Shown here: positions 14,801 to 28,200 of the stretch, piece after piece
Position numbering within the stretch: position 1 is the stretch's first letter
Layout: each line of letters opens with the position of its first letter
Source: Tubiluchus corallicola
Lineage: Eukaryota; Animalia; Priapulida
NCBI GenBank assembly: GCA_030141605.1
Contig: JAQGDQ010000054.1
Location: forward strand, 372,001-436,000
Direction of reading: 5' to 3'
DNA: 64,000 bases
Notes under the pieces: model-generated
Database searches by the model: none
What the model was told of the DNA's origin: nothing
The model's input: only the letters and a program-made list of their open reading frames with translations
Program-made: the position numbers and the translations under genes

Positions 14801-15690
14801 GTAGAAAAAAATGACACAGGAAAAAATGTTATAGTAAAAATGGTGCAGGAAAAATGGCAAACTTAGTAAATTATGAATTTATTTTTACGGTTACTGTGGA
14901 GTATAATTATTTTAGTTATTTTTACCTCTTCGAGGGAAGTTATACTTTAACACAGTTTGCTTGTTTGGTTGGTTGCTTTTTGTTTGTAATAGCAGTAAAC
15001 CTATATCGCAAAATAGATGTCCACGAAGCTTTGTGGAGAAGGTTGGACAAGGGTGCCAATTTTTTTGCCCGTTCTTTTTCCGCAATACTTGACCGAACAC
15101 CACGTACAAAAACATTCGTGACGTGCTTCTTGGATCTCTCAGTGAGAGCGTTTAGCACTTCTTTCTTTATCTCCACTAGGACAAACAGTTCCAGGTTCGT
15201 TTCCAGAAATTCTCACCTGAAAAACTGTGTAACCCTGTCTGTAACATTTACTTATTGATGTATATAGCCTTATAAGCTGACTTGGTGTGTAAATGCGTAC
15301 ATATGTCAGTCTACTACCATCGCCAAAATTAGTGGCCAAAGAAAGGTGAATATGTGGAATTTTCGTGAATTCGTGATAATTCTATTAACGAATCTTTCGC
15401 TAGTCTGTATAATACCAACACAGGCACAGTATTGTACGTTTAGATTGTTTATCTTTGTTTTACGTTTTGTTAACAAAAGAATCAGACGAATAAGTTTAGG
15501 ATTGTTCGGCTTTGACAGAGTCCTGCCTCCTACTGAGCGCATTCTAGAAGTCAGCTGCTTCGTAATAACATAATGTGCCATTTTTTCCTGTGCTATTTTT
15601 ACCTGTTTTTCCATTTTGCCATTTTTTGTGCCATTTTTCCTGTGCCATTCTACCTATTTTCCCATTTATGCCATTATTTTATAAGCCGTT
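14801..15690. mobile_element. Non-autonomous DNA transposon with tandem-repeat-built long inverted ends (Mutator-like or foldback style)
   Basis: Left array of AAAAATGRCACAGG-like units (14801-14862) mirrored by a right array of CCTGTGCCATTTTT-like units (15574-15690). No recognisable transposase lies between them. Confidence 0.55.
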
Positions 15691-15897
15691 TTTGGCCAAA
15701 GAAAATCACGGTTATTGTTCAACTGTAGGCTTGCATAAGAAAATTCTGTGTGACGTCATAGAAGTGCGTTGCAGAAAACTTCGAAAAATCTGCGGTGACG
15801 CCGTTAATGGCATGACGTCAGAACAACTGGTGACTTTTAGGCCCTGCGCAGACTGCACATCTGAAAAATGCAGCAGTTTCACTAGTGTACCAACATC

Positions 15898-17137
15898 GGG
15901 CGCGCAGACATGCAATTTTAAATTGTGCAACAGGCGGTATGGAGCTTGAAGTGTTGCTTGTATTTGTCTATTATTACTTCACGGGAAATATTTAGCCCAC
16001 CCAATAGCTAGTGTTTACTGAAAGAACAATTTTACAAACTCTATAACGACTTACTTGGCTCAACCAAGTAAATTCTTTTGTTATTATCGCATGGGTCCAA
16101 ATAACTTTGATGAATTGTCGAGTATTATTGGAAATTCATCACCTACAGGATCACTTGCTGGAGAAAAAGCATTACAGCACACGCATTCTCAGTGATTTTA
16201 CAACATCATTGTTAAACTTATGTTAATATTAAATCATTTTTCTGTGTGAATTTGCATAGTCGTTTTACTATTCTCTTTATACAAAATGTAAACTCGTGTG
16301 ACAGCTGTCATTAGGCACACTTAATTCGCGCACAAAAAAAGCATAAAAATGATAAATGGAACAAGGAATGAAAGAACTAATTTACAGTATGTTGTTATTA
16401 TCTATATTTTTTGTAACTTGTTGGAAAACTCGAAATCCAAATACAGTTGTAATTGAACTGTTGTTGTGACAGTCCGCAGAGGGAAGAAATTGCACTGGGT
16501 ATTTTGATTGTACTGAGAGTTCACAAAGCGTTAAACCACTTTCAAATTCCATTTTGACTTCCAATTTCCGATTTTCATTGAGTTTTAAATGATTGTAACA
16601 GCGATATAAAAAAGATAATAAAATCTACATCGATTTCTTTTTCTCTTTGAAGTGTTTAGTAATGCCTTGAGATGCTTTTTTACGCTTAGCTCTGTGTTCT
16701 GAATTAGAATACGAGCAAAAACGGCAGCAGCAATAGCCGCAGGTTGCCTAAAAATTTTTTAAAGTTTGCGACATTCCACTGAAGTCATGAAAGCTCTGAA
16801 TACAGTAATAAGCAGCGGGAAGTAGAAATGTCATCACTGCACTGAGTACGCTGTTCTTTTTCAAAACTTCGCATTTCAATCTCTATTTTCTGAATGTTAT
16901 TGAATCCCTTGAAGGATGGTAACAATGATTCGTCTCCATTAACTTGTTTTTCTTTTCTCTCTTTCGTATCTTTAATGACGCCTCTTCATAAGGCACTACT
17001 TTTTCAGATCACAACTAAAAGTTTGAGCCCAGGTTGCAATTTTTAATTGCGCAATTAATCTGCGCGCTCTCATAGATTATAGCTATTTACAGATTTTGTA
17101 ACTTTTAATTGCCAACTGAAAATTGCATGGGAGTCTC
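15898..17137 (+). mobile_element. PIF/Harbinger transposon remnant
   Basis: EQFYKLYNDL..KFFCYYRMGPNNFDELSSIIG at ~16024-16132 resembles the N-terminal region of Harbinger nucleases. Related inverted motifs GCGCGCAGA..GCAATT..AAATTG occur at ~15900-15930 and (rc) ~17030-17070. Boundaries are approximate. Confidence 0.55.
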
Positions 17138-18630
17138 GTACTTGATCGTGCTCTATAGATGCCATTCTAGTAATAATCATTATCATAACTAGGTGAATAT
17201 CTTTGGAAGCGCAGTTCATCAGCCCCATCTATCTTTTAAATAAGGAAACCTGACATGTTTTGATTGATGAGCCCACAGTTATAGAATGTTTAGTTTGAAA
17301 CCAAATTTGGAATGTAAAGAAGTGATTTTACTTAGTAATCCTGATTTAAACAAGGGTCTTTTGTATTACAAGTCCAATGGGACGACCATCATAAACTCTA
17401 GATTTCTCATGCCTTTTGGTTACATGACATTTCTTAACTTATGTCAGGTTCTTATAAGCTCACTAACCCACCCGTTCAACATTCCAAGTGTAAGTATATG
17501 CAAATTGCTTATTAATTATATTATTTTATTGTAATTAATTTAGAGCCTGAAGCGAGTCAGTAATTATTTCATTAATTAATTACAATCTCAATTTCTATTA
17601 ATTGTAAGTTTCAAATTATTTATTTATGATAGATTGAAGATACAGTTATTGATTTTTTTGTTTCGAAACCAAACTTGTCCAAAATGACAGTATAATGTTC
17701 GGCATCAGATCACAATTCAAAGGTCCTTGGTTCGAATCCATGCTTTTTATCGGCCTTTTCCATCAAGCGAGTTTGGTCTTCATCATATCATTCACATACA
17801 TCAGTTTGAATTATAATTGTAATGCTGCTCTTTAATTTAAATTTCCAAGCATTGCTCTTATGATCTATACTAACTTGTTTTAAGTAGTATGTCAAATTTA
17901 TTATTATTATAGTGCAATCTTTATCTATTGTGAAAATGTTCATTTTGCCATTCATGTACCTTGTTTTATAGTGCTGTTCTATAAATTTTTCGTTATTATA
18001 TTTTTGACCACAGAACTGAGAGAGGGCAGCTTGAATACACCATTATTTACATTCTTGCTAGCCTTTCTCCTTCACTTATTCACATTCTTGCTTACTTATA
18101 CTTTCACGATCGAATACTAAATTATCATTGTTGTTTTTTCATTCTTAGTTTTCTTCATTTCGTTATTAATTATTAGTCACATTGAAATGCCAAACAAAAT
18201 CAAAGATTTTAATATTTTTAACTGGATGATCTTTAATTGCATCATGAACCAAGAAAACCACATTTATCCAGCTTACGTTCATTAACTGTGTTTAATCACA
18301 ACCTTGACCATGTAACTCAAGGTTGTAACCAAGGTTCTAAACCCATGGTTTTGATTGCAGCTTTATTTGCAGGAAACATTAAAAACACGTTTTCGACATA
18401 AATCTAAAACCCATGGGAGAACGATTTGTTCGTAAAAAAACACTTTCTCAAAGAGGTAAGACCAAGCCAAACTTTATTGAAACTGAAATAATAGCAAAAG
18501 TTATTTCAACTTTAGCTACATGCAACAACTGGAAGGGCTGTGGTGGCAGTGCCATGATCAGTAATTTCACAGCACTGTTAGTACAATCTAATAATGAAAT
18601 CTAAAAAGTATTCAAGTTCCTAAAATTCTT

Positions 18631-18636
18631 TTTATT
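18631..18636 (-). promoter_or_regulatory. Candidate polyadenylation signal of SNX14
   Basis: AATAAA on the minus strand about 650 nt after the stop codon, following a U-rich 3' UTR. Confidence 0.4.
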
Positions 18637-19283
18637 GTTTTGCAGTATATACAGTGTCACAATATATACAGTCTTGTAGTACGTGAACAAATAATTGCAA
18701 TATAGTTTACTTACAAAGAATAAAAACTGAAACTTAACAAAATAAACAAGCAATCACATAACTTAACAAAATCCATGAGAATTACAATTGTATTTCTTAT
18801 TATAATTAAAATTCATAGGTTTGTCCACTGTTAAAATAAGACAAATGATTTTCAAAGAGAAACAATAAGTTTAGCACAGGCATTTCATTAGAACTACAGA
18901 ATGATATCAGTTAAACAGCTACAAATAAAACTGGAAATTAGTTAAAAAAATTGACAGGAAATGTTGATTACCTTTTTGAGATCATCTTGACGTATTTTGC
19001 AACAAAGACAAGATATTAAATACAAGGAATAATTCAAATAATTTTGACGTGATACAGGCTACTTGGTAAACATAATCAACAATTTATAACTAAAACAATA
19101 ATTGAGCATTTCTAGCAAACAAACAAAAAATATACTTGTACAGGAGTATATAAAAAACAAAACAAAATGCTGTTGGGATGTTCAAACCCATGGAATGTTG
19201 CTGATGTTAAGTACAGAGATGGTGACTTAATCTACACACGACTGAAAAAAGTAACAGTATAAAAAACAGTAACCAATTTGTGT

Positions 19284-22200
19284 CTACTGTACACATTTAT
19301 CTTCATACTCAGCTGTTGTGTCAATGGCTAATTCTCTCACTTCCGGAAACAATTCCTCCAAAATTACGTCTAGTAGCAAGTAAGATAACTGAAATATGAC
19401 AGCTACGTAATTGTCTACAGTTAATATATGAATTTGGTTATTATTTTAAATGACACACAATTATCCTGATCCAGCAAACTCATCTTTTTATTGTTACTAC
19501 ATAATATTACCGTATTAGTTTACTATTTACAGTGAAATACACAACTAACCTGTTTGTTGAGTTTAGGATGTTGTACACAACCATGTATGATATTAGCTCC
19601 CTCCAAATTTGCTTCTTCACCCATCACTCTGACAAGCAATCCTAAAAAACATCAAAAACAAAAAATCTTTTTAAAAACTGCAGACTAGAATGTATTACAA
19701 GCTCAAAAAAATTAAGTGAGCACACATTTTTGGCATAACAATCAAGTTAAGCAAGCAAGAAAATATACAAATACACACAAATAGCCTGCAGGTTAGTAAA
19801 TTTAATGCACAAATTGACTGAAAAAACTTTATATGAATTAATGTCGGGGATCTCTTGAATCTAAAATCAGTAAAAAATAAGGTAAAGAGGATAACTGTAT
19901 TTCTTAAATATGGAGTACAAACTCACCAGGTAGGAAATGTTTCATTTCTAGAAGCATCAGGTCTGATCTTTCCTTTCTTTGCTGTGCTGTTCTAGGAGGA
20001 GAATCGTCGAAGAACAATGCATCTGCATAAAATGAATAAAAAAGCCTTTTCACAGTTTCGTTGCGCGGATGCGTAGTTGCTGTAGGTTAAAGGTTAAGTG
20101 TATCACAGCAACGCGTCTTAACTACAACCGCCACGTGACATATGGGTAAAGCCAAAACGGCTGCTGCATCAGTTCAGAACTTTATTTTTTTAACATTGAC
20201 TTTACTTAATTATGCATTAGTCTGCGCATAGATTGTTTACTAGCAGGATCTTGCTTGGGAACAAGAAAAAATAAACTAGGTAAGGTTCTAGCTAGCTGTT
20301 AAAACTGTTGCTATTACAATGGCATGGGCTGCAAGGCGTTGTCAAGTATACACTGCCTGGCACTTAACCTTTGACCCTTTCACGATCATCATCAATCACT
20401 AGAACTGCGAAAAGGTTTATTATAGTAAACTAATTACTAATAACTGAGTTGAATGCCATAAAAAGAGTCTATTCAAAGTGACTGGAACCTAAATCATTAT
20501 CAGAACATGCCACTAAGATGAGACACTTAACCAGCAGAAGTGTCTCAACCATGTTTGGATGTACAAACATCGTTCCTCTAAATAGTGAAGGCTTATGCAT
20601 GATACGCCAGGAGCCACGGACCCTCGCATGAAGCATGGAAATCCTGCCACTCAGCCACAGACGTTGGTTTTATAAGCTATGAAAAATATTATGAAGTTTA
20701 TAAATGCAGACATTCTTTTTTAAAGTGATCTTAACAAATGTCAACTGTTTTGCAAAAGAACAGTCCAAAAATTGATCTTTGAACTTGTCCATACTGACAC
20801 AACAGGGACCTCATTATAAGAAGGTAGCCATTGGCTTCTTTGAGTGGCTCAGCAAACAAACGAAAAGATTTGCAGGAATACATGCCTTGCAAAAGTTGAA
20901 TTAATTTCACGATATTTTCCTCTCTCAATGCTTGACGAAGCTTCTTGTCAAGGTAGTAGTCAAAAAATGACTCTAAGCTAGATTTCAGCAGAAACCTTGC
21001 AGCTAAAAGACATCGTTCCACAGTTGTGGGAACTTTGAAAACGCGTATGGCTGTAATAAAAAAACAAACATTCATTAATGAAGTCAAAAATGTTAGGCAT
21101 AGTAATTATTAGACGTAGAAATTTAATTAAATATTTTTGAATAAAATCTAATCGGCATATAAATAGAATAATTCTATTTTGAAGCTTGAGTAACTAGACT
21201 ACACCAGTCACTAAATGAGTAGTAACTATTTTATTTTGGTGTGGAACTGCTATATGAAGTTCTGGACTGAATAGAACATCTTCAACATGGCAGATGAAGG
21301 TACCTATCTGAAGGTACATTTAACAGATACAAGCAATGGAGAACCACACAGCCATGAATCAATGCCATAAATGAGTATCAATATCTACCTGAGTCTTAAA
21401 ATAGTTAAGTTCTATTATTAATTCAGTTTGTTTCCTGTTGCTGTGGTTTCAGTTTATTGAACACACATAGAATAACTCAGTGTGTTAACAACAAGTCCTG
21501 CCAACTAAGCAAATGTGCTCTTTGCATATATCATCCATAAAATTTCTTGCACACAGAATTAAACACTTATCAAGTTTCTTTGTAACAGAAACTGTAAGTA
21601 AAGATAGCAAATAATAAATCTTTTCTTAAGTGTACTTTTACTTACTATTTTTAAAGTAGATAATACAAAAAACATCCAGTCTTCATATATTGCTAATACT
21701 TGTAGTCAAACTCTTACCAAGGTATATCAACTGATCATATACACCAGAAAAGTTCATAAACTGAGAGCTATCAGTAGTGCTGATCAAACACTCTCCACTA
21801 ATATCTTTAGAGATATCATGCATAGGGATGTTAGCATTGTTAGAGAACAAACGTTTCTTCAACTGAAAAACAAACAAATATTTACATTACATTAAACTAC
21901 CTTATATCACATTACACTAAACTAAGCAACACGACATGACATTATGCTACACAATGTTTCGATGACTTCTAGAAACGTAACATTTGCCAGAACGTAACTT
22001 TTCTACTGATCAATTATGTTCTAAATGGGTTTTGACTTTAAATATCTTCATATGTACATCACACTAATAAGATGGATTTTAAACAATAAAATAGACAAAG
22101 TGATCGCACCAATCTGTAATGTAAAAGTAATGTATTAATTCAAAATTATTTACCTACCAGTATGTCAGTAGCAGATACAAGTTCGGCATGCTTTTGTAGG

Positions 22201-25200
22201 ACATCAACAGGTTTAGGTTTAGTAGGCTCCGTAGACTGAAGAACAGTTGCGAGAAATTGCTCGAGCCCTTGTCCCCTCTGAAAAGACAATATCACAATGC
22301 CTAGTGATAACTGTAGTACAGATTAGTAAAGGCATAACTAATATTATACAGTGCAGAAAGCAGCTGTGCATTGTGCGATTTTTGAATTTCTCTAGCGAGA
22401 AATAAAAGACAATCGTACATTGACTGTCTTAATCATCACAAGCAGCAAATTCAAATCCAGGCAGTAGAACAAGTAAGAAGAAGCACACTGAAGCCATTGA
22501 AAGATAAAAGGCAAAAGACACAAAATCAGTTCATTAACTTGCTAGAAATGTAATGTCAGCAATACAGAAATGCAACATAATTACATCCGGCAAAGAAGTC
22601 ATGACGACAATGGTGCAGGAAATGTAATTACAGTCGCGTAAAGGATACAACTGATTCCACGATTTTTAGGTTTTTAAGCTTTAAGAAGTCACCAGCCAAT
22701 TTACTGGCATTTACAAGCGCTGTTTCTGCTACACATGCTTTTTTCATAGAATTTGGCATACTATAAACCAAAATTCACGACCCAGAGACAAGGCATATTT
22801 AATGTGGACAGTTGTGGTGCATTATCAAGGCTAACCCCATCAGTCTAAGATGAGACATTACACTGCCAGAGGTATCTTACATTTCAGTGTGAATACAACT
22901 TCCCTCGACAAGGCAAATAACCAGAATCATTTTCAATCTCTGGCAAGTGAACCCACTCACAGCAAGTACTGAATCCCGTGATTACCTATCCATTCATTGA
23001 CCAATCTCAATGCTGCTCAATTTCAATCGTTAAGGACGCACCGTGACTACTCGGCTATTCCCTTTCATAAACAGCTTTAAAGCATATAATAAATGAACAT
23101 AATGTTCATTCACCTCCTTTCTTAGTTTCCGAGGTACAGAACGGACAATTCGGCTAAAATTGAGATCCGGAAGGAAGTTAGTTTGGAACTCTTCCATTGT
23201 AGTGAGAAAGTTGAACAATAATTCGCTACCTCTCAATGAAGGCTTCGCTAGTAGGGCCTGAAAAAATTTAAAACAAAACAATGATTGATATATCAGTCTT
23301 GCTAGTATGATTTATAAAACCAGACTCAATGTAGCTTTCTTATTGTTACACGTAACACACATTCGCAGTGCATGGCACTCTATATCGCATGCAAGACTAA
23401 TTGACCAAAAATGCCTACAATCAAAACTTATTGTATAATTAATTTAAAACATCAAGAATTTACATATTTACCCGTAGCCACTGTTCAAAAACATCTCGCC
23501 TAGATTCAGTAAAGTCCATCGTTTTTGTTCCAAAGGATCTCTTTGGTGGAAGTTGTATGTCCGTGAATATACCTATAGTCAAACAAGTTCGCCAAATTCC
23601 AACTGGTGTAATACAGTAATAAGGAGCAGCCAATCCATTCAATAACTTATACAGTTGTTAAAATATTTTGCAAGTTCAGTATTATCCAAATGAATATTTT
23701 TTGTGAACACATCGAAAAAAACCAAGTATTGCTACAAGAATTATCACCGGCCTTAAAACTAGTGCAATCTTAATGGTATTTAATTACGTGAAAATGTACG
23801 CAAGTAAAATTTCATTTGTCTTATTTTTGTCAAAATAATTCCAAAAGGTTTTGCCAATTTTACTTCCCAGACTTCCAGTAATTATATCAAACAATTTCTT
23901 ACAATTTAAATATTGCTTACAGTTTCAAATAATGAAAATGATCGTAATACATATATCATTAATACAGATATCATTAATTAGATACAATAGGTAATACCAA
24001 AAAGTTCTTCCACTAGAAAGGTTCAAACAACCATAAATAATTGTGATGATAATAAGAGAAGAAATTGATCAGACTAAGTGACAGTACAAAGGAAACTGTA
24101 TATAAATACCTACCATGGAACTCGGTTAACTTTGATTCTAGAGCATAAAATTCTTGGTATCGCCTCTCTACAGTCCAATGAGAGTCTTCTAGGTCATCTG
24201 AAAAACGAAAGCATTTATGGTAATGTGTCAGCACTCTTTACAAAGATGAACACTTGATACAAAGGATTGTAATATTGTTTTAACACATTACAAAAATGAC
24301 TTTTTATGAAATTCAGAATTCTGCAAGCTGGCATTCAGCATTCAAAGGCAAATCCTACTCAAATTCGATGGTAGTGGGCAGACATGGTCATTATCAATGT
24401 TAGGCGAGCCACTGAACTCGTAGATGTGTCTCAACCATGTTCAGATGTATATGCATCGTCACTATACGAGCAATATGGGTGAGCATTCTCTATCAGACAG
24501 CAAATTCAAATCAAATCAAATTTTCGACATTCGAATTCAAATTGAATCAAAATTTTGACTTTCAAACACAAACCAAAAAGAATTTCAGTTTCAAGATTAC
24601 AGTAAACTAATTACTAATAACTGAGTTGAAAGCCATCAAAGACAGAGTCTATTCAAAGTGACCAGAATCAGAATATCCCTCTGAGACACTGAGCCAGCAG
24701 AAGTGTCTCGACCATGTTAGAATGCATAAACATCCTTCCTCTTTGAGGTAAATAGTCAAGGTTTACGCACGATATGCTTGGAGCCATGAACCCTCGCATG
24801 ATGGGAAACCTCATCCATTCAGCCACAGAACTTGGTTTTATAAGTTATGAAAAGTACCACAAAGTTTATAAATGCAAACATTCTTTTTTAAAGTGATCCT
24901 AACAAATGTCAACTGTTTTGCAAATGAAAAGTCCAAAAATTGATATTTGAACTTGTGCATACTGACACAAGGACCTCATTTTCAAAAGGTAGCCATTGAA
25001 TCCAAATCGATATCGAATTCAGTTTTATTTGTTTTCGAATAACTTTTCGAAACATTAAGAAAAGGCAGTCTTGCACAAGATAAGTATGTTACTTGAATTT
25101 GTTCTGCAGTAAAAACACTAATATTATTTGTTTAAAAATTGTACACAGAAGTCACAGCTAAACTGTGTTGTTTGCATGCTGTTTCAAATGTTTTAATGAT

Positions 25201-28200
25201 AAAGAACGTTGTGTAGATGAAGTGGTAAATTAGTTGAATCCATAATTTTAGGTTCGAATCATTCGAATTAAAAAACTCATTCGTAACTCGATTCGAACGT
25301 TAGATGCACACCCCTAATGACAAACCAGCCCAAATCAATACGACAAATGAAATCGCTCAGAGTGAAAATCTAAGCAGTTCACTCACTCACTCATCAGCCA
25401 TAGTGCCATCTTAACTTTGGTTGTCAGGATGATGATGCAACCACTGAATTATGCACCTTGCCTCTTGCAAAACATATATTGCAAACTTCTTGACTTAAAA
25501 AGGTTGTATGCCCAGTATAGTTACTCTAGGCTCATTAGCAAGTAACAGTCAATGTATAGTTTTCTACAATAGTTGAACAACAACACTGCAAAAAAAGCTC
25601 AAATTTTTATTAATCAAATACTCAAAGTAATACTGAGCTTAGATCAATCAAAAGAATGCTAAGTAAAAACTAAGGCTGCAAGAATCAAAATTAAAACTGA
25701 ATAGTGTATTATGAAACTAGATAAATGAGTGTAACAGTGATTTGAGAACTGCAGCTACTAGCTCAGCTATTAGGTGAATGAGTGAATGTAGCTTACGATA
25801 GCTGCAGAAGATAGTTCAAGTAACTGGTTCTGTGTGTTCTTCCAACAAAAAATTAAAATACATTTAGTTGGTAACAGCAATTAATATTTAGAAACATATA
25901 AGTATTAGCTAACTATGTGCTACGGGCTACACGAAAATGACAGTTGGAGAACAAAATCAGTTGACATAGCTGAATATTTAAGTAGCTGGCAAGTAACTTA
26001 TAGCTGATGAACAGAGTAGCTGATACAGCCGATAGGTGAAAAAGACGAGCCATTAACTCACTGGTGTGTAAATAGTCAAACACACATACCATCATTACAG
26101 ACATCTACCCGTTGAACTTCTATGATGTAAACAAAATCCTGTTTATTTCCAGGTAAGAGTCGGACCTCTGCTCGTGGAATGAATATACGCCAGGCACTAA
26201 GATCTCGCATTAGTGAATCGACCATATCTGCATAGTCAACTTGGCTTTGGTCTTCACCAAGCTCATCTGGCTAAACATGTTAAATATTACCATTACTTAA
26301 TTTACTTTCAACTGGAGGCTTAAGTTTGATAATGCACCTTAATTGCAATGTTTTTGAAAGGCAAACATGTAAAAAAGGTTAACTTATGTTTGAACTAGAA
26401 TTTTTAGATTACAATTAAGTAAGTACTCATATCCAAACACAGTTTTGGTTTTTTCACTTTTCCTACCATTGTTCAAGTTCAATTTCTGAAAATCCAATAA
26501 TTGTGGATTCATTTCATCATCAATCATCTTGTTTAATTTGGATTCATTTCATCATCAATCATCTTGTTTAATTAAGATAATGAATAATTAGGTTTAAGAA
26601 CATGTTTTGCGTTGTTAATCTCAGTTTAAGTTTAAATGAAATGTAAACTCAAAACAACAATAGTCCAATTAGTGATCGGCATATTGCAAGCTACCCCTAC
26701 TTAGATAATAAATTAACAAGGATACGAAGCAATTAAGGGTCTGTAATACTTTGCAAGAACTCGATCTCGTCTCGTGTCTTGTAAGAAATCACATTTCTTG
26801 TCTCGTCTCGATAGGTGAGAATATACAGGTCGAGAAATGAAATACGATCACGTAGCGTAAGTTCTTGGCTTCCGAAAGTTTTTGTCTTTATGTACCTAAC
26901 TAAATTACTCTAAGTTATCATACTAACACGAATTAATTTCAAACTTTGATGTTGTTTGCGGTAGTAATAAATATTTAGTGCCACTTTGAATGCGTAGGAT
27001 GGGATGCCTTTGTTTTATTAAATAAATATTTTTTCTGACAATTTCTTGTCTTGAATCGATTCTCGCGAGAAATACAACTTCTTGTCTCACCTTGAGTTTG
27101 AAAACCCATCTTGCAGAGCCCTAGAAGCAACTAACTTTAATTTCATTCAGAGATAGTTTGGGACTACATGGGCTCTACTTGCTCAGAATAACTCTAATAT
27201 ACCATTAATCAAACCATAATTTATTTAGCAGCAATCAAGACTACACTGTCTGTAGCACTATTTTCTAATTTACTTTTTCCTCTTAACTAATCTGTGCTCT
27301 AGACAATAGGCTGCCAGTGTACACTATCTCTATGTTTTATGAAATATGATTAGTTCTTCAGTTCGACAAAGTCAATCTATAAGAATTTTCAGAATTAAAC
27401 TAGCAGGTATGGTTTTGCTTTTAATAGGCATGGAAACCCTACCCTACTTGCAAGTTCGCTTTGCCCAGAAAGTTATATTTCAATATAATCACAATGTGCG
27501 AATCACAAAACCGCAATACTGTAATTTACAATACTAATAATCAAGACACCACTCTATTATAGAGATAAGCTGCATGAGGTTATAAGAAAGTATTTCTGTT
27601 AGCTGCAAATGGTGCAGAAATGACTTATCAAAACTGAACATAAACTGTTACACACAGCACAAGATTCACCCAGAAAAATGCTTACCATGCACCCATCAGG
27701 AAGATCTCCATAATCATCCCCATCGATCATGCGCCCATCCACTGCAACAACCGCAAATCAAAACTAGTACAAAAAAGCATCTCAGTGTCACAATGGAAAG
27801 AAATGCATCATGAAATTCAAATCTAGATGTTATATGTTGGAAGGAAAAGACAAATGTAGAAAGTTAGAGCTGAAGGATAATAGAGCATATTTGTGAAATC
27901 ACTTAAATACGACACGTATATGCAAATCGCCAAAGCACCAGTTCAAACCATGCTCCCTCAGAATTTACAGCAAACACAGCACAAACCCCAAGCAGATTAA
28001 TTTATAACCAGTTCATCTTCATTCTACAAATGCATACTACATGCTATTATATGGATGATCTACATCCAAATAGTTTCAGCTTACAAAATATAAAAGCACT
28101 TTTAAAATATCACCAATTTCTTCCAGACCTAGAAATTATAAACAACATACTAAACAGAAATCTAAAAATATTTCAACCAATACTGTCAATAACTATGTCA

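Noticed and set aside
17685-17748. tRNA-like sequence with B-box GGTTCGAATCC
   Set aside because: No acceptor stem or complete cloverleaf; more likely a decayed SINE head or tRNA pseudogene.
28009-28023. Candidate 15-nt SNX14 microexon (AATGAAGATGAACTG) with upstream TGC
   Set aside because: The host intron is phase 1, so inclusion gives an immediate TGA, and the GTTATA donor is weak.
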